Source: Eledone cirrhosa (Eukaryota). Taken from it: a stretch of DNA of 64,000 bases. The position numbers and the translations under genes were made by a program. Position 1 is the first letter of the stretch; each line of letters starts with the position of its first letter. The stretch covers positions 31,682,001 to 31,746,000 of the forward strand of contig OZ024740.1 in assembly GCA_964016885.1 (NCBI GenBank), written 5' to 3'. Of this stretch, positions 33,901-49,800 are shown in pieces. A model generated the notes under the pieces. That model worked only from the letters and a program-made list of their open reading frames with translations, was not told the origin of the DNA and searched no databases.

Positions 33901-36700
33901 ACAGACACAGTTGACTATATATGATATCAGTACAATATGTAACACTAGTGTACAGACACAGTTGACTATATATTATATTAGTAAAATATATAACACTAGT
34001 GTACAGACACAGTTGCCTATATATGATATCAGTACAATATATAACACTAATGTACAGACACAGTTGACTATATATGATATCGGTACAATATATAACACTA
34101 ATGTACAGACACAGTTGACTATATATGATATCAGTACAACATATAACACTAGTGTACAGAAACAGTTGACTATATATGATATCAGTACAATATATAACAC
34201 TAATGTACAGACACAGTTGACTATATATGATATCAGTACACTATATAACACTAGTGTACAGGCACAGTTGACTATATATGATATCAGTACAATATATAAC
34301 ACTAATGTACAGACACAGTTGACTATATATGATATCAGTACAACATATAACACTAATGTACAGACACAGTTGACTATATATGATATCAGTACAATATATA
34401 ACACTAATGTACAGACACAGTTGACTATATATGATATCAGTACAATATATTACACTAGTGTACAGACACAGTTGACTATATATGATATCAGTACAATATA
34501 TAACACTAGTGAACAGACAGAGTTGACTATATATGATATCAGTACAATATATAACACTAGTGTACAGACACAGTTGACTATATATGATATTAGTACAATA
34601 TGTAACACTAGTGTACAGACACAGTTGACTATATATTATATTAGTATAATATATAACACTAGTGTACAGACACAGTTGACTATATATGATATCGGTACAA
34701 TATATAACACTAGTGTACAGACACAGTTGACTATATATGATATTAGTACAATATGTAACACTAGTGTACAGATACAGTTGACTATATATGATATCAGTAC
34801 AATATATAACACTAATGTACAGACACAGTTGACTATAAATGATATCAGTACAATATGTAACACTAGTGTACAGACACAGTTGAATATATATGATATCACT
34901 ACAATATGCAAAACTAGTGTACAGACACTGTTGACTATATATGATATCAGTACAATATGTAACACTAGTGTACAGACACAGTTGACTATATATGATATCA
35001 GTACAATATATAACACTAGTGTACAGACACAGTTGACTATATATGATATCAGTACAATATGTAACACTAGTGTACAGACACAGTTGACTATATATGATAT
35101 CAGTACAATATGTAACACTAGTGTACAGACACAGTTGACTATATATGATATCAGTACAATATATAACACTAATGTACAGACACAATTGACTATATATGAT
35201 ATCAGTACAATATATAACACTAGTGTACAGACACAGTTGACTATATATGATATCAGTACAATATATAACACTAGTGTATAGACACAGTTGACTATATATG
35301 ATATCCGTACAATATATAACACTAGTGTACAGACACAGTTGACTATATATGATATCAGTACAATATGTAACACTAGTGTACAGACACAGTTGACTATATA
35401 TGATATCAGTACAATATATAACACTAATGTTCAGACACAGTTGACTATATATGGTATCAGTACAATATATAACACTAGTGTACAGACAAAGTTGACTATA
35501 TATGATATCAGTACAATATATAACACTAGTGTACTGACACAGTTGACTATATATGATATCAGTACAATATGTAACACTAGTGTACAGACACAGTTGACCA
35601 TATATGATATCAGTACAATATATAACACTAATGTACAGACACAGTTGACTATATATGATATCAGTACAATATATAACACTAGTGTACAGACACAGTTGAC
35701 TATATATGATATCAGTACAATATGTAACACTAGTGTACAGACACAGTTGACTATATATGATATCAGTACAATATATAACACAAGTGTACAGATACAGTTG
35801 ACTATATATGATATCAGTACAATATATAAAACCAATGTACAGACACAGTTGACTATATATGATATCAGTACAACATGTAACACTAGTGTACAGACAGAGT
35901 TGACTATATATGATATCACTACAATATATAACACTAGTGTACAGACAGAGTTGAATATATATGATATCAGTACAATATGTAACACTAGTGTACAGACACA
36001 GTTGACTATATATGATATCAGTACAATATGTAACACTAGTGTACAGACACAGTTGACTATATATGATATCAGTACAATATATAACACTACTGTACAATCA
36101 CAGTTGACTATATATGATATCAGTACAATATCTAACACTAATGTACAGACACAGTTGACTATATATGATATCAGTACAATATATAACACTAGTGTACAGA
36201 CATAGTTGACTATATATGATATCAGTACAATATATAACACTAGTGTACAGACACAGTTGACTATATATGATATTAGTACAATATGTAACACTAGTGTACA
36301 GACAAAGTTGACTATATATGATATTAGTAAAATATATAACACTAGTGTACAGATACAGTTGACTATATATGATATCAGTACAATGTATAACACTAGTGTA
36401 CAGACACAGTTGACTATATATGATATCAGTACAATATATAACACTAGTGTACAGACACAGTTGACTATAAATGATATTAGTACAATATATAACACTAGCG
36501 TACAGACACAGTTGACCATATATGATATCAGTACAATATATAACACTAATGTACAGACACAGTTGACTATATATGATATCAGTACAATATATAACACTAG
36601 TATACAGACACAGTTGACTATATATTATATTAGTATAATATATAACACTAGTGTACAGACACAGTTGACTATATCTGATATCGGTACAATATATAACACT
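19000..36700. repeat. Domain 2: about four copies of a 3.8-4.4-kb higher-order repeat (74-87 monomers)
   Basis: 10-bp-deleted monomer at ~20362, 24126, 28297, 32723; GTGTATAG at ~22513, 26633, 31059, 35281; GACATAG at ~23437, 27608, 32034, 36205; 1-bp deletion CAGTAAATATG at ~25081, 29507, 33729. Spacings of 3764, 4120, 4171, 4222 and 4426 all equal n x 51 minus 10 or 11. Confidence 0.9.
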
Positions 36701-39700
36701 AGTGTACAGACACAGTTGACAATATATGATATTAGTACAATATGTAACACTAGTGTACAGATACAGTTGAATATATATGATATCAGTACAATATATAACA
36801 CTAATGTACAGACACAGTTGACTATATATGATATCAGTACAATATATAACACTAGTGTACAGACACAGTTGACTATATATGATATCAGTAAAATATATAA
36901 CACTAGTGTACAGACACAGTTGCCTATATATGATATCAGTACAATATATAACACTAATGTGCAGAGATAGTTGACTATATATGATATCAGTACAATATGT
37001 AACACTAGTGTACAGACACAGTTGACTATATATGATATCAGTACAATATATAACACTAGTGTACAGACACAGTTGACTATATATGATATCAGTACAATAT
37101 ATAACACTAATGTACAGATACAGTTGACTATATCTGATATCAGTACAATATATAACACTAATGTACAGACACAGTTGACTATATATGATATCAGTACAAT
37201 ATGTAACACTAGTGTACAGACACAGTTGACTATATATGATATCAGTACAACATATAACACTAGGGTACAGACACAGTTGAGTATATATGATATCAGTACA
37301 ATATATGACACTAGTGTACAGACACAGTTGACTATATATGATATCAGTACAATATGTAACACTAGTGTACAGACACAGTTGACTATATATGATATCAGTA
37401 CAATATATAACACTAGTGTACAGACACAGTTGACTATATATGATATCAGTACAATATATAACACTAGTGTACAGACACAGTTGACTATATATGATATCAG
37501 TACAATATATAACACTAATGTACAGACACAGTTGACTATATATGATATCAGTACAATATATAACACTAGTGTACAGACACAGTTGACTATATATGATATC
37601 AGTACAATATGTAACACTAGTGTACAGACACAGTTGACCATATATGATATCAGTACAATATATAACACTAATGTACAGACACAGTTGACTATATATGATA
37701 TCAGTACAATATATAACACTAGTGTACAGACACAGTTGACTATATATGATATCAGTACAATATATAACACTAGTGTACAGACACAGTTGACTATATATGA
37801 TATCAGTACAATATGTAACACTAGTGTACAGACACAGTTGACTATATATGATATCAGTACAATATATAACACTAATGTACAGACACAGTTGACTATATAT
37901 GATATCAGTACAATATATAACTCTAATGTACAGATACAGTTGACTATATATGATATCAGTATAATATATAACACTAGTGTACAGACACAGTTGACTATAT
38001 ATGATATCAGTACAATATATAACACTAATGTACAGATAGAGTTGACTATATATGATATCAGTACAATATGTAACACTAGTGAACAGACACAGTTGACTAT
38101 ATATGATATCAGTACAATATATAACACTAGTGTACAGACACAGTTGACTATATATGATATCAGTACAATATATAACACTAATGTACAGACACAGTTGACT
38201 ATATATGATATCAGTACAATATGTAACACTAGTGTACAGACACAGTTGACTATATATGATATCAGTACAATATGTAACACTAGCGTACAAACACAGTTGA
38301 CTATATATGATATCATTACAATATATAGCACTAGTGTACAGACACAGTTGACTATATATGATATCAGTACAATATATAACACTAATGTACAGACACAGTT
38401 GACTATATATGATATCAGTACAACATATAACACTAATGTACAGACACAGTTGACTATATATGATATCAGTACAATATGTAACACTAGTGTACAGAGACAG
38501 TTGAATATATATGATATCACTACAATATGTAAAACTAGTGTACAGACACAGTTGATGTATATGATATTAGTACAATATATAACACTAGTGTACAGACACA
38601 GTTGACTATATATGATATCAGTATAATATATAACACTAGTGTACAGACACAGTTGACTATATATGATATCAGTACAATATATAACACTAATGTACAGACA
38701 CAGTTGACTATATATGATATCAGTACAATATATAACACTAATGTACAGATACAGTTGACTATATATGATATCAGTACAATATGTAACACTAGTGTACAGA
38801 CACAGTTGACTATATATGATATCAGTACAATATGTAACACTAGTGTACAGACACAGTTGACTATATATGATATCAGTACAATATATAACACTAGTGAACA
38901 GACACAGTTGACTATATATGATATCAGTATAATATATAACACTAGTGTACAGACACAGTTGACTATATATGATATCAGTATAATATATAACACTAGTGTA
39001 CAGACACAGTTGACTATATATGATATCAGTACAATATGTAACACTAATGTACAGACACAGTTGACTATATATGATATCAGTACAATATGTAACACTAGTG
39101 TACAGACACAGTTGACTATATATGATATCAATACAATATATAACACTAGTGTACAGACACAGTTGACTATATATGATATCAGTACAATATATAACACTAG
39201 GGAACAGACACAGTTGACTATATATGATATCAGTACAATATATAACACTAATGTACAGACACAGTTGACTATATATGATATCGGTACAATATATAACACT
39301 AATGTACAGACACAGTTGACTATATATGATATCAGTACAACATATAACACTAGTGTACAGAAACAGTTGACTATATATGATATCAGTACAATATATAACA
39401 CTAGTGAACAGACACAGTTGACTATATATGATATCAGTACAATATATAACACTAGTGTACAGACACAGTTGACTATATATGATATCAGTACAATATATAA
39501 CACTAGTGTACAGACACACACTTGACTATATATGATATCAGTACAATATATAACACTAGTGAACAGACAGTTGACTATATATGATATCCGTACAATATAT
39601 AACACTAATGTACAGACACAGTTGACTATATATGATATCAGTACAATATATAACACTAATGTACAGATACAGTTGACTATATATGATATCAGTACAATAT

Positions 39701-40719
39701 ATAACACTAGTGTACAGACACAGTTGACTATATATGATATCAGTACAATATGTAACACAAGTGTACAGATACAGTTGACTATATATGATATCAGTACAAT
39801 ATATAACACTAATGTACAGACACAGTTGACTATATATGATATCAGTACAACATGTAACACTAGTGTACAGACAGAGTTAACTATATATGATATCAGTACA
39901 ATATATAACACTAGTGTACAGACACAGTTGAGTATATATGATATCAGTACAATATGTAACACTAGTGTACAGACACAGTTGACTATATATGATATCAGTA
40001 CAATATGTAACACTAGTGTACAGACACAGTTGACTATATATGATATCAGTACAATATATAACACTAGTGTACAGACACAGTTGACTATATATGATATCAG
40101 TACAATATCTAACACTAATGTACAGACACAGTTGACTATATATGATATCAGTACAATATATAACACTAATGTACAGACACAGTTGACTATATATGATATC
40201 AGTACAATATGTAACACTAGTGTACAGACACAGTTGACTATATATGATATCACTACAACATGTAACACTAGTGTACAGACACAGTTGACTATATATGATA
40301 TCAGTACAATATGTAACACTAGTGTACAGACACAGTTGACTATATATGATATCATTACAAAATATGACACTAATGTACAGACACAGTTGACTATATATGA
40401 TATCAGTACAATATGTAACACTAGTGTACAGACACAGTTGACTATATATGATATCAGTACAATATGTAACACTAGTGTACAGATACAGTTGACTATATAT
40501 GATATCAGTACAATATGTAACACTAGTGTACAGACACAGTTGACTATATATGATATCAGTACAATATATAACACTAGTGTACAGACACAGTTGACTATAT
40601 ATGATATCAGTACAATATATAACACTAGTGTACAGACACAGTTGACTATATATGATATTAGTACAACATATAACACTAGCGTACAGACACAGTTGACTAT
40701 ATATGATATCAGTACAATA

Positions 40720-43700
40720 TATAACACTAATGTACAGACACAGTTGACTATATATGATATCAGTACAATATATAACACTAGTGTACAGACACAGTTGACT
40801 ATATATGATATCAGTAAAATATATAACACTAGTGTACAGACACAGTTGACTATATATGATATCAGTACAATATATAACACTAATGTGCAGACACAGTTGA
40901 CTATATATGATATCAGTACAATATGTAACACTAGTGTACAGACACAGTTGACTATATATGATATCAGTACAATATATAACACTAGTGTACAGACACAGTT
41001 GACTATATATGATATCAGTACAATATATAACACTAGTGTACAGACACAGTTGACTATATATGATGTCAGTACAATATGTAACACTAGTGTACAGACACAG
41101 TTGACTATATATGATATCAGTACAATTTATAACACTAATGTACAGACACTGTTGACTATATATGATATCAGTACAATATATAACACTAATGAACAGACAC
41201 AGTTGACTATATATGATATCAGTACAATATATAACACTAATGTACAGACACAGTTGACTATATATGATATCAGTACAATATATAACACTAATGTGCAGAC
41301 ACAGTTGACTATATATGATATCAGTACAATATATAACACTAGTGTACAGATACAGTTGACTATATATGATATCACTACAATATGTAACACTAGTGTACAG
41401 ACACAGTTGACTATATATGATATCAGTACAATATGTAACACTAGTGTACAGACACAGTTGACTATATATGATATCAGTACAATATATAACACTAGTGTAC
41501 AGAGACAGTTGACTATATATGATATCAGTACAATATATAACACTAATGTACAGACACAGTTGACTATATATGATATCAGTACAATATATAACACTAGTGT
41601 ACAGACACAGTGGACTATATATGATATCAGTACAATATGTAACACTAGTGTACAGACACAGTTGACTATATATGATATCAGTACAATATATAACACTAAT
41701 GTACAGACACATTTGACTATATATGATATCAGTACAATATATAACACTAATGTACAGACACATTTGACTATATATGATATCAGTACAATATATAACACTA
41801 ATGTACAGACACAGTTGACTATATATGATATCAGTACAATATCTAACACTAATGTACAGACACAGTTGACTATATATGATATCAGTACAATATATAACAC
41901 TAATGTACAGACACAGTTGACTATATATGATATCAGTACAATATGTAACACTAGTGTACAGACACAGTTGACTATATATGATATCACTACAACATGTAAC
42001 ACTAGTGTACAGACACAGTTGACTATATATGATATCAGTACAATTTATAACACTAATGTACAGACACTGTTGACTATATATGATATCAGTACAATATATA
42101 ACACTAATGAACAGACACAGTTGACTATATATGATATCAGTACAATATATAACACTAATGTACAGACACAGTTGACTATATATGATATCAGTACAATATA
42201 TAACACTAATGTGCAGACACAGTTGACTATATATGATATCAGTACAATATATAACACTAGTTTACAGATACAGTTGACTATATATGATATCACTACAATA
42301 TGTAACACTAGTGTACAGACACAGTTGACTATATATGATATCAGTACAATATGTAACACTAGTGTACAGACACAGTTGACTATATATGATATCAGTACAA
42401 TATATAACACTAGTGTACAGAGACAGTTGACTATATATGATATCAGTACAATATATAACACTAATGTACAGACACAGTTGACTATATATGATATCAGTAC
42501 AATATATAACACTAGTGTACAGACACAGTGGACTATATATGATATCAGTACAATATGTAACACTAGTGTACAGACACAGTTGACTATATATGATATCAGT
42601 ACAATATATAACACTAATGTACAGACACATTTGACTATATATGATATCAGTACAATATATAACACTAATGTACAGACACATTTGACTATATATGATATCA
42701 GTACAATATATAACACTAATGTACAGACACAGTTGACTATATATGATATCAGTACAATATCTAACACTAATGTACAGACACAGTTGACTATATATGATAT
42801 CAGTACAATATATAACACTAATGTACAGACACAGTTGACTATATATGATATCAGTACAATATGTAACACTAGTGTACAGACACAGTTGACTATATATGAT
42901 ATCACTACAACATGTAACACTAGTGTACAGACACAGTTGACTATATATGATATCAGTACAATATGTAACACTAGTGTACAGACACAGTTGACTATATATG
43001 ATATCATTACAAAATATAACACTAATGTACAGACACAGTTGACTATATATGATATCAGTACAATATGTAACACTAGTGTACAGACACAGTTGACTATATA
43101 TGATATCAGTACAATATGTAACACTAGTGTACAGACACAGTTGACTATATATGATATCAGTACAATATGTAACACTAGTGTACAGACACAGTTGACTATA
43201 TATGATATCAGTACAATATATAACACTAGTGTACAGACACAGTTGACTATATATGATATCAGTACAATATATAACACTAGCGTACAGACACAGTTGACTA
43301 TATATGATATTAGTACAATATGTAACACTAGTGTACAGACAAAGTTGACTATATATGATATTAGTAAAATATATAACACTAGTGTACAGACACAGTTGAC
43401 TATATATGATATCAGTACAATATATAACACTAGTGTACAGACACAGTTGACTATATATGATATTAGTACAACATATAACACTAGCGTACAGACACAGTTG
43501 ACTATATATGATATCAGTACAATATATAACACTAATGTACAGACACAGTTGACTATATATGATATCAGTACAATAAATAACACTAGTGTACAGACACAGT
43601 TGACTATATATGATATCAGTAAAATATATAACACTAGTGTACAGACACAGTTGACTATATATGATATCAGTACAATATATAACACTAATGTGCAGACACA

Positions 43701-46700
43701 GTTGACTATATATGATGTCAGTACAATATGTAACACTAGTGTACAGACACAGTTGACTATATATGATATCAGTACAATTTATAACACTAATGTACAGACA
43801 CAGTTGACTATATATGATATCAGTACAATATATAACACTAGTGTACAGACACAGTTGACTATATATGATATCAGTAAAATATATAACACTAGTGTACAGA
43901 CACAGTTGACTATATATGATATCAGTACAATATATAACACTAATGTGCAGACACAGTTGACTATATATGATATCAGTACAATATGTAACACTAGTGTACA
44001 GACACAGTTGACTATATATGATATCAGTACAATATATAACACTAGTGTACAGACACAGTTGACTATATATGATATCAGTACAATATATAACACTAGTGTA
44101 CAGACACAGTTGACTATATATGATGTCAGTACAATATGTAACACTAGTGTACAGACACAGTTGACTATATATGATATCAGTACAATTTATAACACTAATG
44201 TACAGACACTGTTGACTATATATGATATCAGTACAATATATAACACTAATGAACAGACACAGTTGACTATATATGATATCAGTACAATATATAACACTAA
44301 TGTACAGACACAGTTGACTATATATGATATCAGTACAATATATAACACTAATGTGCAGACACAGTTGACTATATATGATATCAGTACAATATATAACACT
44401 AGTGTACAGATACAGTTGACTATATATGATATCACTACAATATGTAACACTAGTGTACAGACACAGTTGACTATATATGATATCAGTACAATATGTAACA
44501 CTAGTGTACAGACACAGTTGACTATATATGATATCAGTACAATATATAACACTAGTGTACAGAGACAGTTGACTATATATGATATCAGTACAATATATAA
44601 CACTAATGTACAGACACAGTTGACTATATATGATATCAGTACAATATATAACACTAGTGTACAGACACAGTGGACTATATATGATATCAGTACAATATGT
44701 AACACTAGTGTACAGACACAGTTGACTATATATGATATCAGTACAATATATAACACTAATGTACAGACACATTTGACTATATATGATATCAGTACAATAT
44801 ATAACACTAATGTACAGACACATTTGACTATATATGATATCAGTACAATATATAACACTAATGTACAGACACAGTTGACTATATATGATATCAGTACAAT
44901 ATCTAACACTAATGTACAGACACAGTTGACTATATATGATATCAGTACAATATATAACACTAATGTACAGACACAGTTGACTATATATGATATCAGTACA
45001 ATATGTAACACTAGTGTACAGACACAGTTGACTATATATGATATCACTACAACATGTAACACTAGTGTACAGACACAGTTGACTATATATGATATCAGTA
45101 CAATTTATAACACTAATGTACAGACACTGTTGACTATATATGATATCAGTACAATATATAACACTAATGAACAGACACAGTTGACTATATATGATATCAG
45201 TACAATATATAACACTAATGTACAGACACAGTTGACTATATATGATATCAGTACAATATATAACACTAATGTGCAGACACAGTTGACTATATATGATATC
45301 AGTACAATATATAACACTAGTGTACAGATACAGTTGACTATATATGATATCACTACAATATGTAACACTAGTGTACAGACACAGTTGACTATATATGATA
45401 TCAGTACAATATGTAACACTAGTGTACAGACACAGTTGACTATATATGATATCAGTACAATATATAACACTAGTGTACAGAGACAGTTGACTATATATGA
45501 TATCAGTACAATATATAACACTAATGTACAGACACAGTTGACTATATATGATATCAGTACAATATATAACACTAGTGTACAGACACAGTGGACTATATAT
45601 GATATCAGTACAATATGTAACACTAGTGTACAGACACAGTTGACTATATATGATATCAGTACAATATATAACACTAATGTACAGACACATTTGACTATAT
45701 ATGATATCAGTACAATATATAACACTAATGTACAGACACATTTGACTATATATGATATCAGTACAATATATAACACTAATGTACAGACACAGTTGACTAT
45801 ATATGATATCAGTACAATATCTAACACTAATGTACAGACACAGTTGACTATATATGATATCAGTACAATATATAACACTAATGTACAGACACAGTTGACT
45901 ATATATGATATCAGTACAATATGTAACACTAGTGTACAGACACAGTTGACTATATATGATATCACTACAACATGTAACACTAGTGTACAGACACAGTTGA
46001 CTATATATGATATCAGTACAATATGTAACACTAGTGTACAGACACAGTTGACTATATATGATATCATTACAAAATATAACACTAATGTACAGACACAGTT
46101 GACTATATATGATATCAGTACAATATGTAACACTAGTGTACAGACACAGTTGACTATATATGATATCAGTACAATATGTAACACTAGTGTACAGACACAG
46201 TTGACTATATATGATATCAGTACAATATGTAACACTAGTGTACAGACACAGTTGACTATATATGATATCAGTACAATATATAACACTAGTGTACAGACAC
46301 AGTTGACTATATATGATATCAGTACAATATATAACACTAGCGTACAGACACAGTTGACTATATATGATATTAGTACAATATGTAACACTAGTGTACAGAC
46401 AAAGTTGACTATATATGATATTAGTAAAATATATAACACTAGTGTACAGACACAGTTGACTATATATGATATCAGTACAATATATAACACTAGTGTACAG
46501 ACACAGTTGACTATATATGATATTAGTACAACATATAACACTAGCGTACAGACACAGTTGACTATATATGATATCAGTACAATATATAACACTAATGTAC
46601 AGACACAGTTGACTATATATGATATCAGTACAATAAATAACACTAGTGTACAGACACAGTTGACTATATATGATATCAGTAAAATATATAACACTAGTGT

Positions 46701-46860
46701 ACAGACACAGTTGACTATATATGATATCAGTACAATATATAACACTAATGTGCAGACACAGTTGACTATATATGATGTCAGTACAATATGTAACACTAGT
46801 GTACAGACACAGTTGACTATATATGATATCAGTACAATTTATAACACTAATGTACAGACA
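40720..46860. repeat. Almost exact tandem duplication of 3,060 bp (60 monomers), each copy containing a 918-bp (18-monomer) tandem duplication
   Basis: ACAATTTAT marker (stop in a minus frame) at 41127, 42045, 43779, 44187, 45105 and 46839, giving offsets of 918 and 3060. Printed lines 3060 bp apart match except one G/T difference that I noticed (~42262 vs ~45322). Confidence 0.9.
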
Positions 46861-49800
46861 CTGTTGACTATATATGATATCAGTACAATATATAAAACTA
46901 ATGAACAGTCACAGTTGACTATATATGATATCAGTACAATATATAACACTAATGTACAGACACAGTTGACTATATATGATATCAGTACAATATATAACAC
47001 TAATGTGCAGACACAGTTGACTATATATGATATCAGTACAATATATAACACTAGTGTACAGATACAGTTGACTATATATGATATCAGTACAATATGTAAC
47101 ACTAGTGTACAGACACAGTTGACTATATATGATATCAGTACAATATGTAACACTAGTGTACAGACACAGTTGACTATATATGATATCAGTACAATATATA
47201 ACACTAGTGTACAGAGACAGTTGACTATATATGATATCAGTACAATATATAACACTAATGTACAGACACAGTTGACTATATATGATATCAGTACAATATA
47301 TAACACTAGTGTACAGACACAGTGGACTATATATGATATCAGTACAATATGTAACACTAGTGTACAGACACAGTTGACTATATATGATATCAGTACAATA
47401 TATAACACTAATGTACAGACACATTTGACTATATATGATATCAGTACAATATATAACACTAATGTACAGACACATTTGACTATATATGATATCAGTACAA
47501 TATATAACACTAATGTACAGACACATTTGACTATATATGATATCAGTACAATATATAACACTAGTGTACAGACACAGTTGACTATATATGATATCAGTAC
47601 AATATATAATACTAATGTACAGACACAGTTGACTATATATGATATCAGTACAATATATAACACTAGTGAACAGACACAGTTGACTATATATGATATCAGT
47701 ACAATATATAACACTAGTGTACAGACACAGTTGACTATAGATGATATCAGTACAATATATAACACTAGTGTACAGAGACAGTTGACTATATATGATATCA
47801 GTACAATATGTAACACTAGTGTACAGACACAGTTGACTATATATGATATCAGTACAATATATAACACTAATGTACAGACACAGTTGACTATATATGATAT
47901 CAGTACAATATATAACACTAGTGAACAGACACAGTTGACTATATATGATATCAGTACAATATATAACACTAGTGTACAGACACAGTTGACTATATATGAT
48001 ATCAGTACAATATATAACACTAGTGAACAGACACAGTTGACTATATATGATATCAGTACAATATATAACACTAGTGTACAGACACAGTTGACTATATATG
48101 ATATCAGTACAATATATAACACTAGTGTACAGACACAGTTGACTATATATGATATCAGTACAATATATAACACTAGTGTACAGACACAGTTGACTATATA
48201 TGATATCAGTACAATATATAACACTAATGTACAGACACAGTTGACTATATATGATATCAGTACAATATATAACACTAGTGTACAGACACAGTTGACTATA
48301 TATGATATCAGTACAATATGTAACACTAGTGTACAGACACAGTTGATTATATATGATATCAGTACAATATATAACACTAGTGTACAGACACAGTTGACTA
48401 TATATGATATCAGTACAACATGTAACACTAGTGTACAGACACAGTTGACTATATATGATATCAGTACAACATATAACACTAGTGTACAGACATAGTTGAC
48501 TATATATGATATCAGTACAATATATAACACTAGTGTACAGACACAGTTGACTATATATGATATTAGTACAATATGTAACACTAGTGTACAGACAAAGTTG
48601 ACTATATACGATATTAGTAAAATATATAACACTAGTGTACAGATACAGTTGACTATATATGATATCAGTACAATGTATAACACTAGTGTACAGACACAGT
48701 TGACTATATATGATATCAGTACAATATATAACACTAGTGTACAGACACAGTTGACTATATATGATATTAGTACAATATATAACACTAGCGTACAGACACA
48801 GTTGACCATATATGATATCAGTACAATATATAACACTAATGTACAGACACAGTTGACTATATATGATATCAGTACAATATATAACACTAATGTGCAGACA
48901 CAGTTGACTATATATGATATCAGTAAAATATATAACACTAGTGTACAGACACAGTTGACTATATATGATATCAGTACAATATATAACACTAATGTGCAGA
49001 CACAGTTGACTATATATGATGTCAGTACAATATGTAACACTAGTGTACAGACACAGTTGACTATATATGATATCAGTACAATTTATAACACTAATGTACA
49101 GACACTGTTGACTATATATGATATCAGTACAATATATAACACTAATGAACAGACACAGTTGACTATATATGATATCAGTACAATATATAACACTAATGTA
49201 CAGACACAGTTGACTATATATGATATCAGTACAATATATAACACTAATGTGCAGACACAGTTGACTATATATGATATCAGTACAATATATAACACTAGTG
49301 TACAGATACAGTTGACTATATATGATATCAGTACAATATGTAACACTAGTGTACAGACACAGTTGACTATATATGATATCAGTACAATATGTAACACTAG
49401 TGTACAGACACAGTTGACTATATATGATATCAGTACAATATATAACACTAGTGTACAGAGACAGTTGACTATATATGATATCAGTACAATATATAACACT
49501 AATGTACAGACACAGTTGACTATATATGATATCAGTACAATATATAACACTAGTGTACAGACACAGTGGACTATATATGATATCAGTACAATATGTAACA
49601 CTAGTGTACAGACACAGTTGACTATATATGATATCAGTACAATATATAACACTAATGTACAGACACATTTGACTATATATGATATCAGTACAATATATAA
49701 CACTAATGTACAGACACATTTGACTATATATGATATCAGTACAATATATAACACTAATGTACAGACACATTTGACTATATATGATATCAGTACAATATAT

